A stretch of DNA of 64,000 bases from a virus. Its lineage: Duplodnaviria; Caudoviricetes. The number at the start of each line of letters is the position of its first letter. Within the stretch, counting starts at the first letter, position 1. Below, one piece after another: positions 1 to 10,718 of this stretch. The notes under the pieces were generated by a model, which had not been told where the DNA came from, did no database searches, and saw only the letters and a list, made by a program, of their open reading frames with translations. The stretch is from the IMG/VR virus record IMGVR_UViG_3300041964_000148. One strand, 5' to 3'. A program made the position numbers and the translations under genes.

Positions 1-3000
1 GACTATTGGGCTGGATTTAGCCAAACGTTTGAGACTCACGTTGTCCCTGCCCTGAACGCACTAAAACCTCACCTAGACGAGTTGAGAGAGGGCTTCCAAG
101 GATTTACAGAGCGACTACAGGCCGCGCTTTCTCCCTTAATAGAGAGATTTGGTCAAATCACATCTCAAGTTCAAGATTTTATTCAAAGGATTCGAGCGGC
201 AAGGGAACCTATAGACGCAACAGCAAATTCCGCTGTCAATTTAGGTGATTTGCTAGCACGGGGATTAGCCGGTGCCATATCGACAATCGAGCGAATGTCC
301 CCCGCTATTTCAGTTGTTCTTAAGATATTAGGAAACTTAACGATTGGCTTTTTGGAATTAAGCGATCGCATACTTGCTGGGCTTAGTCCGGCTCTATCCA
401 CCATTAAAGAGCTTGCCGATAAGGTATGGCGATTTGGCAACGCCTTTACAGAGGTATTTGGAGCTGCCGTTGCTCCGGCAGCCAAGGAACTACTTCCGGT
501 TCTTAAGAAGCTACTAGCTATTTATGGGCGAGTGCTTGCGTTATCTGCTGCCCTTCCCTTTGGAATGATCGCTGGTGGCTTGGCTGGAGTCGTGGTTTCC
601 ATGAAGGCGCTACTGAATTTATTTGAGCCAATGAATCAACGCACGAAGGAACTCTTAACTTCCTTCAGTAGCGCACAAGATATGGGGAAGGCATTTGGGG
701 AGATTGTCGGCAATTCCATTTCGGGAGTAATTAATACCTTAAAAATTCTCCTGGAAGTGGCGGCTACGGTGGGTGATACCTTGACGGCACCACTAAAGTT
801 CATTGATGCCGCATGGGAGAAAACGGGAAATGCGATCGGGGGAGTTTTAGGGCGATTAAAGCGACAAGCAAAGGGCGCTGGGAAAGGATTTCAGGGGGAT
901 CTCTCTGAGGCGTCTCCTGGTCCCACCTACTGGATACGCCAAAACTGGGCGAAGACAGGGGACTTTGTGAGCAATCAGATAAAAGAGATGGCATCGACAG
1001 CCAAGACCCAGGGGAATGGCATGAGGCAATCGCTAGAAAATGTCATGGGAGGGGGCGACGCATCTACAAATATATTTCGATTTGCCCAGCAAAATGGAAA
1101 CAAGGCACAGCTCGTATCTATTTATGAACAAATGGAGGCAATGAGGCGAGCCGGCGCACTTGAGCAGCAAATCCGAGAAAAGCACCAAGCTGGCTTATTG
1201 TCTGACGCTAGGGCTGAAAAGCAAATAATGAAACAGAGGCAGCTAGGGCAAAAAGCACACCTAGCAATGATTAACACTGTTAGGGAGATCCAGACTTCGG
1301 CTAGGGAGAGAGAAGCTTCGGCTGCCGGAGCAACTCAGGAGCGAAATCAAAAGTTAGCCAACAGCTCAAGGGGGCTTTTCCTCAGTATGGGTTCTGCCCT
1401 ATCTAACTTCGCTCCACAACTTGCAACACCTCTATTCATGCTCAACGACTTTGTAGATCTTTTCATAGATCTCAAAGATGTACTTCCCCAAATCCGAGCA
1501 TTGTTTGGAGCGACAGAAGCGGCAACAGCCGCTAATGCAGCGACAACGAGTGCTGCTAATGGAGTAATTGCAGCGTCAGAAGGAACCGTGACGGCGGCAG
1601 CCGCGAGTTCAGCAGCAGCCCAAGTCCAGGGCTCTGCGGCATCTAGTGGAGCAGCAATAGGGGAAGCTGCCGTTGTTGGGGGAGCTAATAGCTTTATGGC
1701 AACGACTTACGGACTCCTAGGGAGGGCAGCTCAATCGGCTTACGCCAACATGATTAAACCCCTGATTCCTCTACTTCCCTGGATATTAGGTGTGTCTGCT
1801 GCACTATTCATTCTCTATCAAGGTTTCAAAAATAATTTCTTAGGCATAGGGGAGGCGATCAAAGGAGTTGGCGGCTTTATTAAAGAGTTTTTCGATTTAC
1901 TGCTTGGTGGAGTATGGCAAACAATTGCCTCGATCTTTCTCAATATTGAGGTTCAAATCAGTGCTATCGGTCGCACACTTGGTCGGGTCGGTCATATTTT
2001 AATGGAACCGTTCCGCCCACTCTTGGCGGCATTTGGTGTTTCTGGACAACGCTCTCTGTTGGGGAATGCAATGGTCGTGACGGTCAATTTGATCCTCCTT
2101 CCTTTAAAACTAGTTGCAGGAGCAATTAATCTCATCATTAGCCTCCTCAGTGGCTTTATTCAAGGCGTAATTCTAGTTGGGGGAATCATCCTCAATTTCA
2201 TCCTGCTCCCTATTCGGTTGATCAACGCCGCGATTTACGGCGTCATGATGGGCTTCAATTCTGTGATGCTCGGTGTCAACCAAGCGGTCAACTTATTACT
2301 TCTTGCCCCTCTAAATATCGCCACGGCTGTTGCCTACAAGATTGCCAACGTAATCGCAAAAATAGGGCGAGTAATTACTGCCTTCATTCTTTCTCCCTTC
2401 TTTGCCGTCCAAAATGCCATCATGAGGGCGATCAGCCCTGTGGTGGATTTTGTCTTTAAAGCAATTGGATTGATCGCAGGGGCAGCAGCTCTAATTTTCA
2501 CCATCTTAAATCCAGGGATGGTAATTGGGACGTTCTTTGCCTTCGTCACTGGGGCAACATTAGCGGCAAAAGCAATTCGATTCACATTAGGGATTCCACT
2601 TAAAGCTATCGGTTTCCTGTGGCGAAACACGTTAGGAAAGATGGCTGCTGCGGCAGTGACAGATTCGACAGTGGTAGGTGGAGCCAATACGTTCATGGCG
2701 ACAACGTATGGGTTATTGGCAAACGCTGCACGATGGGCATATAAACAAATCTTGATGCCATTAATGCCTTTGCTCCCACTAATCCTAGCCGTCGTGGCAG
2801 TTCTCGGTCTTCTTTACTTGGGATTTAAGACCAATTTCTTGGGCATTGGTGATGTGATAAAGGGGTTTATAGGAGGGTTCTTACTGGTATTTGATGTTGT
2901 TTGGGGCGTAATTAAAGGAATAGGGGATGCGATCTCCCAGGTATTTGGTAGCCTGATAACTTCGGTTGGAGAAATCTTTGGGGCATTAAAAGAACTAGCC

Positions 3001-4362
3001 GGGGCTATTCTTGCTCCCTTCGACGCTTTATTCGGACTGTTTGGAGGAAATGGTGCCGGGGGTGGGGGATCACTTGGAGAGGCAATCAGTGCTACTGTCG
3101 GTTTTATTCTAATTCCCACTAAGTTTGTTGCCGATGCCCTTTCGTTAGTGATTCGGGGGATAACATCCCTGATTGTGGGAGTTATTAGGCTAGGAACAGC
3201 AATCATCAATAGCATTTTCCGACCCATCACCAGTACGTTAGGATTCCTTTCTCCTGTAATGGGAGTAATTCGGACAATTATTGGGGCGATCGGAGGGGTG
3301 GCATTAGGGATTGCGGCTCTAATCGGCTTGATTGGTTTTCTCGCTACTACCCTGATTCCGTTAATAATGACCGGAACCGCTATGCTATTTGGGATGATCG
3401 TATCGGGCATGACGTTCCTGATCTCTGCTGCCCTGCCTGCGTTAATCAGCGGCTTATTAACAGTTGCAACGGTTGTCATTCCCTTGCTGGTCAGCGCATT
3501 CTTGTTTGTCTCAACTGTAGCTATCCCAGGCATTATTAGTGGATTAACTGCGATCGCTACAACAGCTATCCCACTGGTAATGACTGGCTTGTCTGCTGCC
3601 ATTCCCTTTATCATCGCTGGGTTTGGCTTCATTGCGGCGACAGTTATTCCCGCCATAGTTGCTGGAGTAATGTTCATTGCAACCGTCGCCATTCCCGCTA
3701 TGATTGCAGGAATTGCCGGACTTGTAACTGCCGCCATTCCACTACTCATAACCTTTTCTCCAATAATCCTGATGGTTCTCGCAGTTGTCGCTGCGGTTGT
3801 CCTCGTTAAATTAGCTTTCGATGCTGTCGTTGGGGCAATACAGAAAGTCATTCAGGGAATAGCGAGTGCAATCAGCTCAGTTGGGCAATTTTTCCAAGCT
3901 CTGCCCTTGATCGGAGGATTATTTGGAGGACAAAAAAATAATGCGGGCGATGGTTCCAACATTCAGGAATTCGCCGGTGGAGGTTTAGTCCTAGGGCAAT
4001 CCGCTCAAGCTGTCCCGGTGATTGCTCACGCGGGGGAATTTGTCATGACCGAATCGGCAACCCAGGCTAACCTAGGAATACTGCAATATCTTAACGCCGG
4101 AGGGAAATTAGCATTACCTGCCCCTAACGTTGGGGTAATGCCACCCATGCCCTTAAGGTTGCCGACTCCAGCCGCAGCCCCAGCGCAGGGGGCAGGAAGT
4201 GGGGCTGTGGTGATCGAAAATGTCAACATCAACTTCGAGGTACAAATTAATGCCAACAATGGAGTCGAGGCAGGGGATGAATTCTTGAGATATATCGAAG
4301 ATCCAAGGTTTAAAAAAGCAGTAAGACAAGTGTTAAGAGAATCAGTTGAAAGGATGAAGTAA
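1..4362 (+). CDS. Phage tail tape-measure protein, 5'-truncated by the window edge
   Basis: The frame is open from base 1 (DYWAGFSQTF...) into the 1426-aa ORF. Long Ala/Gly/Ile-rich amphipathic sequence with internal repeats and a C-terminal FAGGGLV...VPVIAHAGEFVM motif typical of tape measures. Confidence 0.85.
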   Translation, partial: DYWAGFSQTFETHVVPALNALKPHLDELREGFQGFTERLQAALSPLIERFGQITSQVQDFIQRIRAAREPIDATANSAVNLGDLLARGLAGAISTIERMSPAISVVLKILGNLTIGFLELSDRILAGLSPALSTIKELADKVWRFGNAFTEVFGAAVAPAAKELLPVLKKLLAIYGRVLALSAALPFGMIAGGLAGVVVSMKALLNLFEPMNQRTKELLTSFSSAQDMGKAFGEIVGNSISGVINTLKILLEVAATVGDTLTAPLKFIDAAWEKTGNAIGGVLGRLKRQAKGAGKGFQGDLSEASPGPTYWIRQNWAKTGDFVSNQIKEMASTAKTQGNGMRQSLENVMGGGDASTNIFRFAQQNGNKAQLVSIYEQMEAMRRAGALEQQIREKHQAGLLSDARAEKQIMKQRQLGQKAHLAMINTVREIQTSAREREASAAGATQERNQKLANSSRGLFLSMGSALSNFAPQLATPLFMLNDFVDLFIDLKDVLPQIRALFGATEAATAANAATTSAANGVIAASEGTVTAAAASSAAAQVQGSAASSGAAIGEAAVVGGANSFMATTYGLLGRAAQSAYANMIKPLIPLLPWILGVSAALFILYQGFKNNFLGIGEAIKGVGGFIKEFFDLLLGGVWQTIASIFLNIEVQISAIGRTLGRVGHILMEPFRPLLAAFGVSGQRSLLGNAMVVTVNLILLPLKLVAGAINLIISLLSGFIQGVILVGGIILNFILLPIRLINAAIYGVMMGFNSVMLGVNQAVNLLLLAPLNIATAVAYKIANVIAKIGRVITAFILSPFFAVQNAIMRAISPVVDFVFKAIGLIAGAAALIFTILNPGMVIGTFFAFVTGATLAAKAIRFTLGIPLKAIGFLWRNTLGKMAAAAVTDSTVVGGANTFMATTYGLLANAARWAYKQILMPLMPLLPLILAVVAVLGLLYLGFKTNFLGIGDVIKGFIGGFLLVFDVVWGVIKGIGDAISQVFGSLITSVGEIFGALKELAGAILAPFDALFGLFGGNGAGGGGSLGEAISATVGFILIPTKFVADALSLVIRGITSLIVGVIRLGTAIINSIFRPITSTLGFLSPVMGVIRTIIGAIGGVALGIAALIGLIGFLATTLIPLIMTGTAMLFGMIVSGMTFLISAALPALISGLLTVATVVIPLLVSAFLFVSTVAIPGIISGLTAIATTAIPLVMTGLSAAIPFIIAGFGFIAATVIPAIVAGVMFIATVAIPAMIAGIAGLVTAAIPLLITFSPIILMVLAVVAAVVLVKLAFDAVVGAIQKVIQGIASAISSVGQFFQALPLIGGLFGGQKNNAGDGSNIQEFAGGGLVLGQSAQAVPVIAHAGEFVMTESATQANLGILQYLNAGGKLALPAPNVGVMPPMPLRLPTPAAAPAQGAGSGAVVIENVNINFEVQINANNGVEAGDEFLRYIEDPRFKKAVRQVLRESVERMK
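1672..2865 (+). repeat. Internal 65-codon duplication in the tape measure (1672-1866 and 2671-2865)
   Basis: VVGGANSFMATTYGLL...GFKNNFLGIGEAIKG versus VVGGANTFMATTYGLL...GFKTNFLGIGDVIKG. Confidence 0.9.
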
Positions 4363-4364
4363 TA

Positions 4365-5507
4365 ATGGACAACTATCGGTTAACTCAGGCTCGGATACAA
4401 TGCAATGCCATCCAAGTTCTATTGCTTGCAGAAACCAAGGAATATGATGCTGGTTGGCTACCCCAGGCTAAATCAGTACTAAGAGACGAAAGTGGAAGAT
4501 TCGCTAGTAAAGAGGGTAGCTTCAAAGAAAAAGCAGAAGCTCTCTACAAAGAAGATGTTAAGCGCCATAATCGCGAATTTTCCAAGAAAGAATTTGCTAA
4601 ATATCTAAACTCTGTTCCTGCACATTTAGAAGCAGCCAAAGATTATGTTTTTGGGACTAGTTACAAGCAGAAAGTTGACGATTTAAGCAAGAAGTTAGGA
4701 GAGCTTGGGGTCGAACTGAAGAAAATCGCAACAAAGAAGTACAAAGAATTTGAACCCAAGTTAAAGGAGATGAAAGGGGAAGAGTTTGAACAGGCTGTTC
4801 AGGATGAATTAATTAAACTCAAACTTATAAACGAACGAACGTTCAAGGAAGACTTAAGGGAAGCTAAAACTGCCGAAGACATCAAAAAAATAATAAACCA
4901 ACATCAGGCAGAAATCATGAATGCTGCCATTATTGTTGGACGGGCAGTCGCGCTATCCGCTGGCGGATTAGCCGGATGGACTTTAGGAATTGTAGCTGGA
5001 GAAGTCCTGGTATCTGCAATATTTGGAGGGACAATACCAGCCTTTGCTACCATGTTCAATCAGGCGTTAATTGTTTGGGGAATTGAGGAAACAGCCCAGC
5101 CTGTTGCTGCTTATTTAATTGACAAGAAAGTTACTGACAAAAAATTAAACAAAGAGTACAAAAAATGGGCAGAGTTTGGGGTTGATGTGCTTGCTATTGT
5201 GATGGGTCAAAACCTCGCACAGATCATAAAAGTAGCAGAAGAAAAAGCTACGTTCAAAAAGGGTATGCAAATAGCTCAAAAGGTTATGGAAGATAACGCC
5301 AAATTGATGGCAGAACACGAAAAAAGTATCCTAACGAAGGTAGGATTAGACAAACTGCCAAAAGACTTTGATACCTTAGAAAGTGCTTATAAATCAGCAA
5401 TGAAAAAGGCGGCGGAACAGGGCAATTCCTTAGAGAAAGAGCTGTCAGAAATTAATAAGATCAAGCAAGCATACAACGACATTCGTAGAAGGCTGTTGGA
5501 ACAGTAA
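4365..5507 (+). CDS. Leader-family paralog 1 (putative virion-packaged protein with hydrophobic hairpin)
   Basis: N-terminal KEYDAGWL...RDESGRFA, a charged helical region, a hydrophobic segment at about aa 185-240, and a coiled-coil tail. Starts 2 nt after the tape-measure stop. Confidence 0.65.
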   Translation: MDNYRLTQARIQCNAIQVLLLAETKEYDAGWLPQAKSVLRDESGRFASKEGSFKEKAEALYKEDVKRHNREFSKKEFAKYLNSVPAHLEAAKDYVFGTSYKQKVDDLSKKLGELGVELKKIATKKYKEFEPKLKEMKGEEFEQAVQDELIKLKLINERTFKEDLREAKTAEDIKKIINQHQAEIMNAAIIVGRAVALSAGGLAGWTLGIVAGEVLVSAIFGGTIPAFATMFNQALIVWGIEETAQPVAAYLIDKKVTDKKLNKEYKKWAEFGVDVLAIVMGQNLAQIIKVAEEKATFKKGMQIAQKVMEDNAKLMAEHEKSILTKVGLDKLPKDFDTLESAYKSAMKKAAEQGNSLEKELSEINKIKQAYNDIRRRLLEQ

Positions 5508-5508
5508 T

Positions 5509-6409
5509 ATGTCAAATCAATATGAATTAGCTCAAGCTCGAATTCAAACACTTCAGATTCTTGTGGTTGCCGAAGCCAAGGAATACGATGCTGGTTGGCT
5601 AGACGGAGCAAAAACAATCTACCGAGAGGGAGGGCGTTTTGCTTCCAAGGGTTCTGGGGAAACCCAGGACAACCCTATTATTAGCAAAATCTCTGAGTCA
5701 ATAAGGCAAAATGCCGAGAAACAATTTGCCTCTCTCACGCCAGAGAAGCAGAAAAAGGCAAAAGAGGAGCTTAAGACTATTAATGATGGTTTTAATGAAC
5801 TTGCCGATGGCATTGACAAGATGTCGCCAGAGGAGCAGGAGGAGTTACGGAAGTTCCTCGCTTCTCCGGATGTTAAACAGGTGCGAGAAGAAGTGGCGAA
5901 GTTGTTCGACTCAGTTGACAAAAAGGCGGGAAAAGCATTCCGGCAGGTAGACGCGAAGATTGATAAGGAACTCAAGGGACCTGGAACTCTTGGTAAGGCG
6001 ATGAAGCGTATTCAGGCGATCGCCAATGATGTTATGGAAGGGGTGAAGGAGAATCCAGAGATTGTCGTAGGCGCCGCTATCAGTGCAGCGTGTCTTGTCG
6101 CTGGGGGAGCGGGAGCTGTTGCCCTTTTTAGCTTGCCGAATCTATTTTCCGTGGGGGGCGTATGGGGTGGACTAATAGCAATAACTGAGGGAGCAACGGG
6201 AAGCGCGAATCGCACAAGCGTTTGCGGCTGGTGGCTTGTCTCAGCTTGGATTTTCTGCCTCCGCTTATCTTGTTTCTTCTGGGCTTAGTAATCTTGTTCT
6301 GGATGCGACGATGCTCCTTAATAAGGATATTCGCGAGGAAATAAATCAGATAAAGGTTGAAAATGAACGCATAGCGAAAGAAAGTTTAGCAAAGCAATTT
6401 TCATTTTAA
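5509..6409 (+). pseudogene. Leader-family paralog 2, frameshifted at about 6208 (or a sequencing error)
   Basis: N-terminal KEYDAGWL...REGGRFA. Removing one A from GCGAATCGC (6205-6213) restores the frame through IAQAFAAGGLSQLGF...AKQFSF to TAA at 6407-6409. Confidence 0.7.
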
Positions 6410-6433
6410 ATCACGGAGAACCGTGACATAGAA

Positions 6434-7855
6434 ATGCTCAATCCATATGCGATCGCCGAAGCCCAATCTACATCCATTCTCTTAGAGTCTGCACTTAAGG
6501 AGTATGCAGCCGATTGGCTCAAGAACACTGAGAGCGTGATGCGGGATGAAACCGGGAAGTTTGCCAAGAAGGCGGCTTCCGTGGGTCAAAGTGCGTCCCA
6601 GGCTAAAGAATCTATTGAAGAGGCAGTTAAGAACCCCCAGGAAGCGAAGCGGAAGGTAAACAGTGAGTTACTTAAACTCACGGCAAGGGGTTTGGATAAA
6701 CTTGTTCAGAAGTACCCAGAATTTACTGACCAACTCCTAGACAAGATGCTTGGGCTTGACGCTCAAGAGGCACGGGACAGGTTGGCAGATGAGTACGGAC
6801 GCATTAACCCAGGATTGCCCAACGCCATCAGACCAGACCCATTGCCCGTACCCCTGAAGGAGACCCTAGCAGACATCCTCAAGAAGATAGCAGCAGACAA
6901 GGGAAACCCCAAGGAGTTGGCTAAAGACCTCCAAAAAGCATTTGAGCTATTGGGGGAAAACTACAACGATTTAATTGACGACCTCAACAATGTGGAGAGT
7001 GAGTCAGAGGCGGTTAAGCTCCTAGGGAAGATTGCGGCTACTTCTATTCCTATTACTGCCTATCTTGCTATCGCCCTTACTCCTGAAGTTGCAATCGGAC
7101 TTCTACTTGGGGATAGTTTATCAACCATCCTTGTATCGACAGTAGCTAGCGAGGCTGTTAGTTTTGCTGCCAACAAGGGAATGGACAAGATGGATGTGAA
7201 CAACCCTTGGGTGAGAATAGGGGTTGAATTGGCAATCGGGATTGGGGTTGGAGGGGCTGTTAGTACTGGGGCAAAACAGCTAGAAAATGCCAAAACAGCA
7301 GAAAAAATTGGCGCATTTGCGGACAAGAAGGTTAAGTTACTTCGTCGCAAAGCCGAAGCGACATTTAAAAAGGTCAAATCCGGCGGCAAATCTTCTATGG
7401 AGATTCCAGATTTCCCTCCTATTCTTAAGCAGAAACCAAAAGGAATTCCTGATGACATCGAGTTTGACCAAACACCTTATGGCACAGGCTTGAGATTTGA
7501 GATAGAGGGCAATAAAGTATTACTAGGTCTTGGTGATGATGGGGTAGTAGGCTTCAAGATCAATGACAAGTTTGACATGGATGAATCTCTCGCCGACAAC
7601 GTAAAAAGACGGGCGGCTGTTAAGTTAACTAAGTTATTTAAGTCATCTGTTGCAGAGATGGAAGAAGGGAAGATTCTGTGGTGCAATATCCATGACAAAG
7701 ATGGAGTAAAAGCAGCAGATCGTAGATTTAAAGCTTATAAGCTTATGGGTTTTGGAGACAAAGTTGAAAACTCTGTATACGGTATAATTAAGGAAGGTAA
7801 ACTTGTACCTTACAAACCTTCTGCGGAGGATTTAAACAAACTACATGGTGACTAA
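6434..7855 (+). CDS. Leader-family paralog 3 with a unique C-terminal alpha/beta domain (candidate effector)
   Basis: KEYAADWL...RDETGKFA. The first ~185 aa are highly similar to 8073..10061; the C-terminal ~150 aa are unrelated. Confidence 0.65.
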   Translation: MLNPYAIAEAQSTSILLESALKEYAADWLKNTESVMRDETGKFAKKAASVGQSASQAKESIEEAVKNPQEAKRKVNSELLKLTARGLDKLVQKYPEFTDQLLDKMLGLDAQEARDRLADEYGRINPGLPNAIRPDPLPVPLKETLADILKKIAADKGNPKELAKDLQKAFELLGENYNDLIDDLNNVESESEAVKLLGKIAATSIPITAYLAIALTPEVAIGLLLGDSLSTILVSTVASEAVSFAANKGMDKMDVNNPWVRIGVELAIGIGVGGAVSTGAKQLENAKTAEKIGAFADKKVKLLRRKAEATFKKVKSGGKSSMEIPDFPPILKQKPKGIPDDIEFDQTPYGTGLRFEIEGNKVLLGLGDDGVVGFKINDKFDMDESLADNVKRRAAVKLTKLFKSSVAEMEEGKILWCNIHDKDGVKAADRRFKAYKLMGFGDKVENSVYGIIKEGKLVPYKPSAEDLNKLHGD

Positions 7856-8024
7856 AACAGATGCCTATTCTTTATCAGGAGAAGAGGAGGACTACTGGCT
7901 TGAAGCTGTAGTCAACAAGTCAGAAGAGGAAGTAGAATCATTAATCAACGCTCTCCCTCCTGACAAGCAGAAAGCGGTTAACGCACTAATAGCCGAAACA
8001 TTTTTTCCTAAAACAAAAGATTAA
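7845..8024 (+). CDS. 59-aa acidic protein overlapping the paralog 3 stop (candidate immunity protein; absent from the ORF track)
   Basis: ATG at 7845 to TAA at 8022-8024, MVTKTDAYSLSGEEEDYWLEAVVNKSEEEVESLINALPPDKQKAVNALIAETFFPKTKD. It fills the gap up to the terminator exactly. Confidence 0.65.
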   Translation: MVTKTDAYSLSGEEEDYWLEAVVNKSEEEVESLINALPPDKQKAVNALIAETFFPKTKD

Positions 8025-8087
8025 AATCTCCGCTTCAACAGCGATAATGCTAGTTGAAGCGGAGATTTTTTTATGCTTAATTTTTAT
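8023..8087 (+). repeat. Hairpin plus gene-start element, copy 1 (copy 2 at 11310-11372)
   Basis: AAAATCTCCGCTTCAAC...GTTGAAGCGGAGATTTT followed by ATGCTTAATTTTTAT. Confidence 0.85.
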
Positions 8088-10061
8088 ACATTTGCTCAAG
8101 CTCAATGTGTCTCAATACTTTTAGAGGCAGCACTTAAGGAATACACGGCGGATTGGCTCAAGAATGCCGAAAGTGTTGTGCGGGACGAAACGGGTCGATT
8201 TGCTAAGAAAGCAGCTTCCGTCGGTCAGAACGTCTCTCAGGTCAAGGAATCTATTGAAGAGGCGATCAAGAACCCCCAGGAAGCCAAACGGAAGATTAGT
8301 AGCAAATTGCTTAAACTTATGGCAAAGGGGTTGGATAAATTAGTCCAAAAATACCCAGAATTTACTGAAAAGCTCCTAGACAAAATGTTTGGCTTGGATG
8401 CTCAAAAAGCACGAGACAGGCTAGCAGATGAGTACGGACGGATTAACCCAGGACTTCCCAATGCCATCAGACCTGACCCCCTGCCCGAACCTCTAAAGGA
8501 GACTCTGGCAGACATTCTCAAGCAAATGAAGGCACACAAGGGAGATCCCAAAGCACTAGCCAAAGACCTTCAAAGGGCATTTGAGCTTGCTGGGGAAAAC
8601 TACAACGAATTAATAGATCAACTCAATAACAACCTGAGCAACAACGATCGCGTACAAGACTTCATTAAAACACTGGGAAAAATAGCCTCTGCATCTATTC
8701 CCCTTTCCACCTTCCTCGCATTCACACTAGGACCAGAAATCGCGCTCGGACTACTGATGGAAGAAGGATTGGCTACGATCATAACGAACACTGGTGTTGG
8801 CGTAACGTGGAATTTTGTTGCGGATAAAGCATTGGAAGCGGCAGATATCGAAGATCCGTGGGTGCAAGGGGGAGTTCATTTAGCTGTTTCTGTAGGTGCG
8901 ACCACAGGGATGATGGACTGGCGAGGATTCTATCGTGCAGGGGTTCCAAAGTCAGCCAAGTTAGCCAAGGAGGCGGCAAAACAGGTTGATGTTCCGTCCG
9001 ATCTGCTGGGGGCAGAAGCCGTTACCTTTGTTACTGGAGGTATTGGGGACGTAACAGGAGATACGGCAACTACGATTGCGTCCGGACTGGAACAACTAAA
9101 AAAAGATCCCAAGATACTTGGGTTTAAGTCCCAATACTTCGTTCCAAATACTAAGAGGGAGTTTGTAACTCAGAACCCTGGAGCAATCCCAAATCTAGCC
9201 ACATTTACTAAAACCCTTGTTCAGAAAGGACGTAATCCTGATGCTGTCTCACTTGCAGCTCAAATAGCGGCTTGGCGTCAGAAACATCCCCTCATTCCAA
9301 TCACTTCAACTGGATATTCGGGTGGAGGGCTAATTAATCGAGAATGTGACGCAATCTTAAAAGAGATGGGCATAAATGACGTTAAGTTCGTTAATGTAGG
9401 AACCCCGGATCTGGGAATGTTCCCAACTAACAAAGCAATTCATATTAGTAGTCCTAACGATGAACTCAATGTCTTTAGTCCTAAAAATGCTCAACTTGTT
9501 CCTTCTGTTAAGAGCCATAAAAGCTATTACGAAGACCCTGAATTCTTTTTGACCCTTGATCGAGCTTTACTAGATAAATCAAGCCATGACTTGCTTAAAC
9601 GAACAGAGGTATTATCTGGGTCAGAAGAGTACCACGCATTTAGGAAAGCAATAAAATCCGATCAAGTTAATTTTGATCGGATTCTTGCCAAAGGAGAAGA
9701 ATTGTCAGAGGATGTCTCTAATAAATTCATATCTACGATGGGGGAATTTATAGATAAATTCAACCTTCCACTTGCTCAATTAGAAAAAGATATTACAACC
9801 AGTACAACTTCTAAAATTAACAAGGATTACCTAAGCCGAGGAGTAGGCGATCGCTTCAATGATCTAGAAAATGCTGCATCTAGACTTGTGGATATCCTAG
9901 AAGCCAACCTTAGTCTTCAGCCTCAAGAAGCTGGGGTTGTTTCCTCTAAAGTGCAAGCAATTGTCAGCCAACTCAATGAAATCGCCCAAAATATCAAAAA
10001 GATTGATGGAAATCCCCAGATTATCGAACAAATTGAAGGAATATTAGAAGATATTGTTTAA
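8073..10061 (+). CDS. Leader-family paralog 4 with a C-terminal alpha/beta-hydrolase (lipase-like) domain
   Basis: KEYTADWL...RDETGRFA leader. Nucleophile elbow GYSGG at 9312, then VNVGTP, SPND (Asp) and HKSYY (His), in Ser-Asp-His order. Confidence 0.7.
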   Translation: MLNFYTFAQAQCVSILLEAALKEYTADWLKNAESVVRDETGRFAKKAASVGQNVSQVKESIEEAIKNPQEAKRKISSKLLKLMAKGLDKLVQKYPEFTEKLLDKMFGLDAQKARDRLADEYGRINPGLPNAIRPDPLPEPLKETLADILKQMKAHKGDPKALAKDLQRAFELAGENYNELIDQLNNNLSNNDRVQDFIKTLGKIASASIPLSTFLAFTLGPEIALGLLMEEGLATIITNTGVGVTWNFVADKALEAADIEDPWVQGGVHLAVSVGATTGMMDWRGFYRAGVPKSAKLAKEAAKQVDVPSDLLGAEAVTFVTGGIGDVTGDTATTIASGLEQLKKDPKILGFKSQYFVPNTKREFVTQNPGAIPNLATFTKTLVQKGRNPDAVSLAAQIAAWRQKHPLIPITSTGYSGGGLINRECDAILKEMGINDVKFVNVGTPDLGMFPTNKAIHISSPNDELNVFSPKNAQLVPSVKSHKSYYEDPEFFLTLDRALLDKSSHDLLKRTEVLSGSEEYHAFRKAIKSDQVNFDRILAKGEELSEDVSNKFISTMGEFIDKFNLPLAQLEKDITTSTTSKINKDYLSRGVGDRFNDLENAASRLVDILEANLSLQPQEAGVVSSKVQAIVSQLNEIAQNIKKIDGNPQIIEQIEGILEDIV

Positions 10062-10066
10062 ATACA

Positions 10067-10096
10067 TTGACATTGTGATAACAAGTAACTTATAAT
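10067..10096 (+). promoter_or_regulatory. Sigma70-type promoter
   Basis: TTGACA-18 nt-TATAAT, both hexamers perfect, upstream of 10139. Confidence 0.8.
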
Positions 10097-10138
10097 AGTA
10101 GAGTAAAGGTAAATAAAGCAAAACCAAACCAAACCACC

Positions 10139-10714
10139 ATGTTTAACTACATCAAAAATCTCCTCAACACTACTTCCGAAAACGTTGTTGTCGTTCGCGA
10201 CTTAAGTGTTGCAGCGGTAAAAGAGGTAGCTCCCGCTACATCCACATTCCTGGAAATCCAGAGTGGCAACAGCGCGAACTTCAACTCTGACACGCTGCTA
10301 CAAATGACATTGCAAGAGGTCGGTAGCAGCATCAAGAAAACGTCCGAGGAGGCGTGGTACGCCATTGTGGCGGACACACGAAAGGTTGACCGCCAGATTA
10401 CCAAGTTACTCGAAATGAATAACCTTGGCGGTCAGGAAATGAAAATGTTCCTCTACTTTGGCGGTGGCGCGATCGCGACCTACCACTTGTCCTTATGGGC
10501 AGCGTGGGTAATCGCGATCTTGTCCCTGCTAGGTTTCCTGGCAGGGCTGATCTTGTCATCCCTAGTGCAACTAGGCGGACAAGTAGCCGCATACCTCCTA
10601 ATTGGAGGCTTGTTTGCGGTTAGTCTCAACGCAATAATTGACGATATCATCCAGTTTGTTTCTTGGATCAGTGATTCCAATGAAACTAAAGATCATGAGT
10701 TGATCGTCGCATAA
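10139..10714 (+). CDS. Membrane protein (about 3 C-terminal TM segments) in its own transcription unit
   Basis: Hydrophobic aa 103-175, with its own promoter and terminator. Confidence 0.6.
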   Translation: MFNYIKNLLNTTSENVVVVRDLSVAAVKEVAPATSTFLEIQSGNSANFNSDTLLQMTLQEVGSSIKKTSEEAWYAIVADTRKVDRQITKLLEMNNLGGQEMKMFLYFGGGAIATYHLSLWAAWVIAILSLLGFLAGLILSSLVQLGGQVAAYLLIGGLFAVSLNAIIDDIIQFVSWISDSNETKDHELIVA

Positions 10715-10718
10715 ATCG

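Noticed and set aside
2334-3851. Long antisense ORFs (120 aa and 345 aa)
   Set aside because: They are shadows of the codon-biased tape-measure gene.
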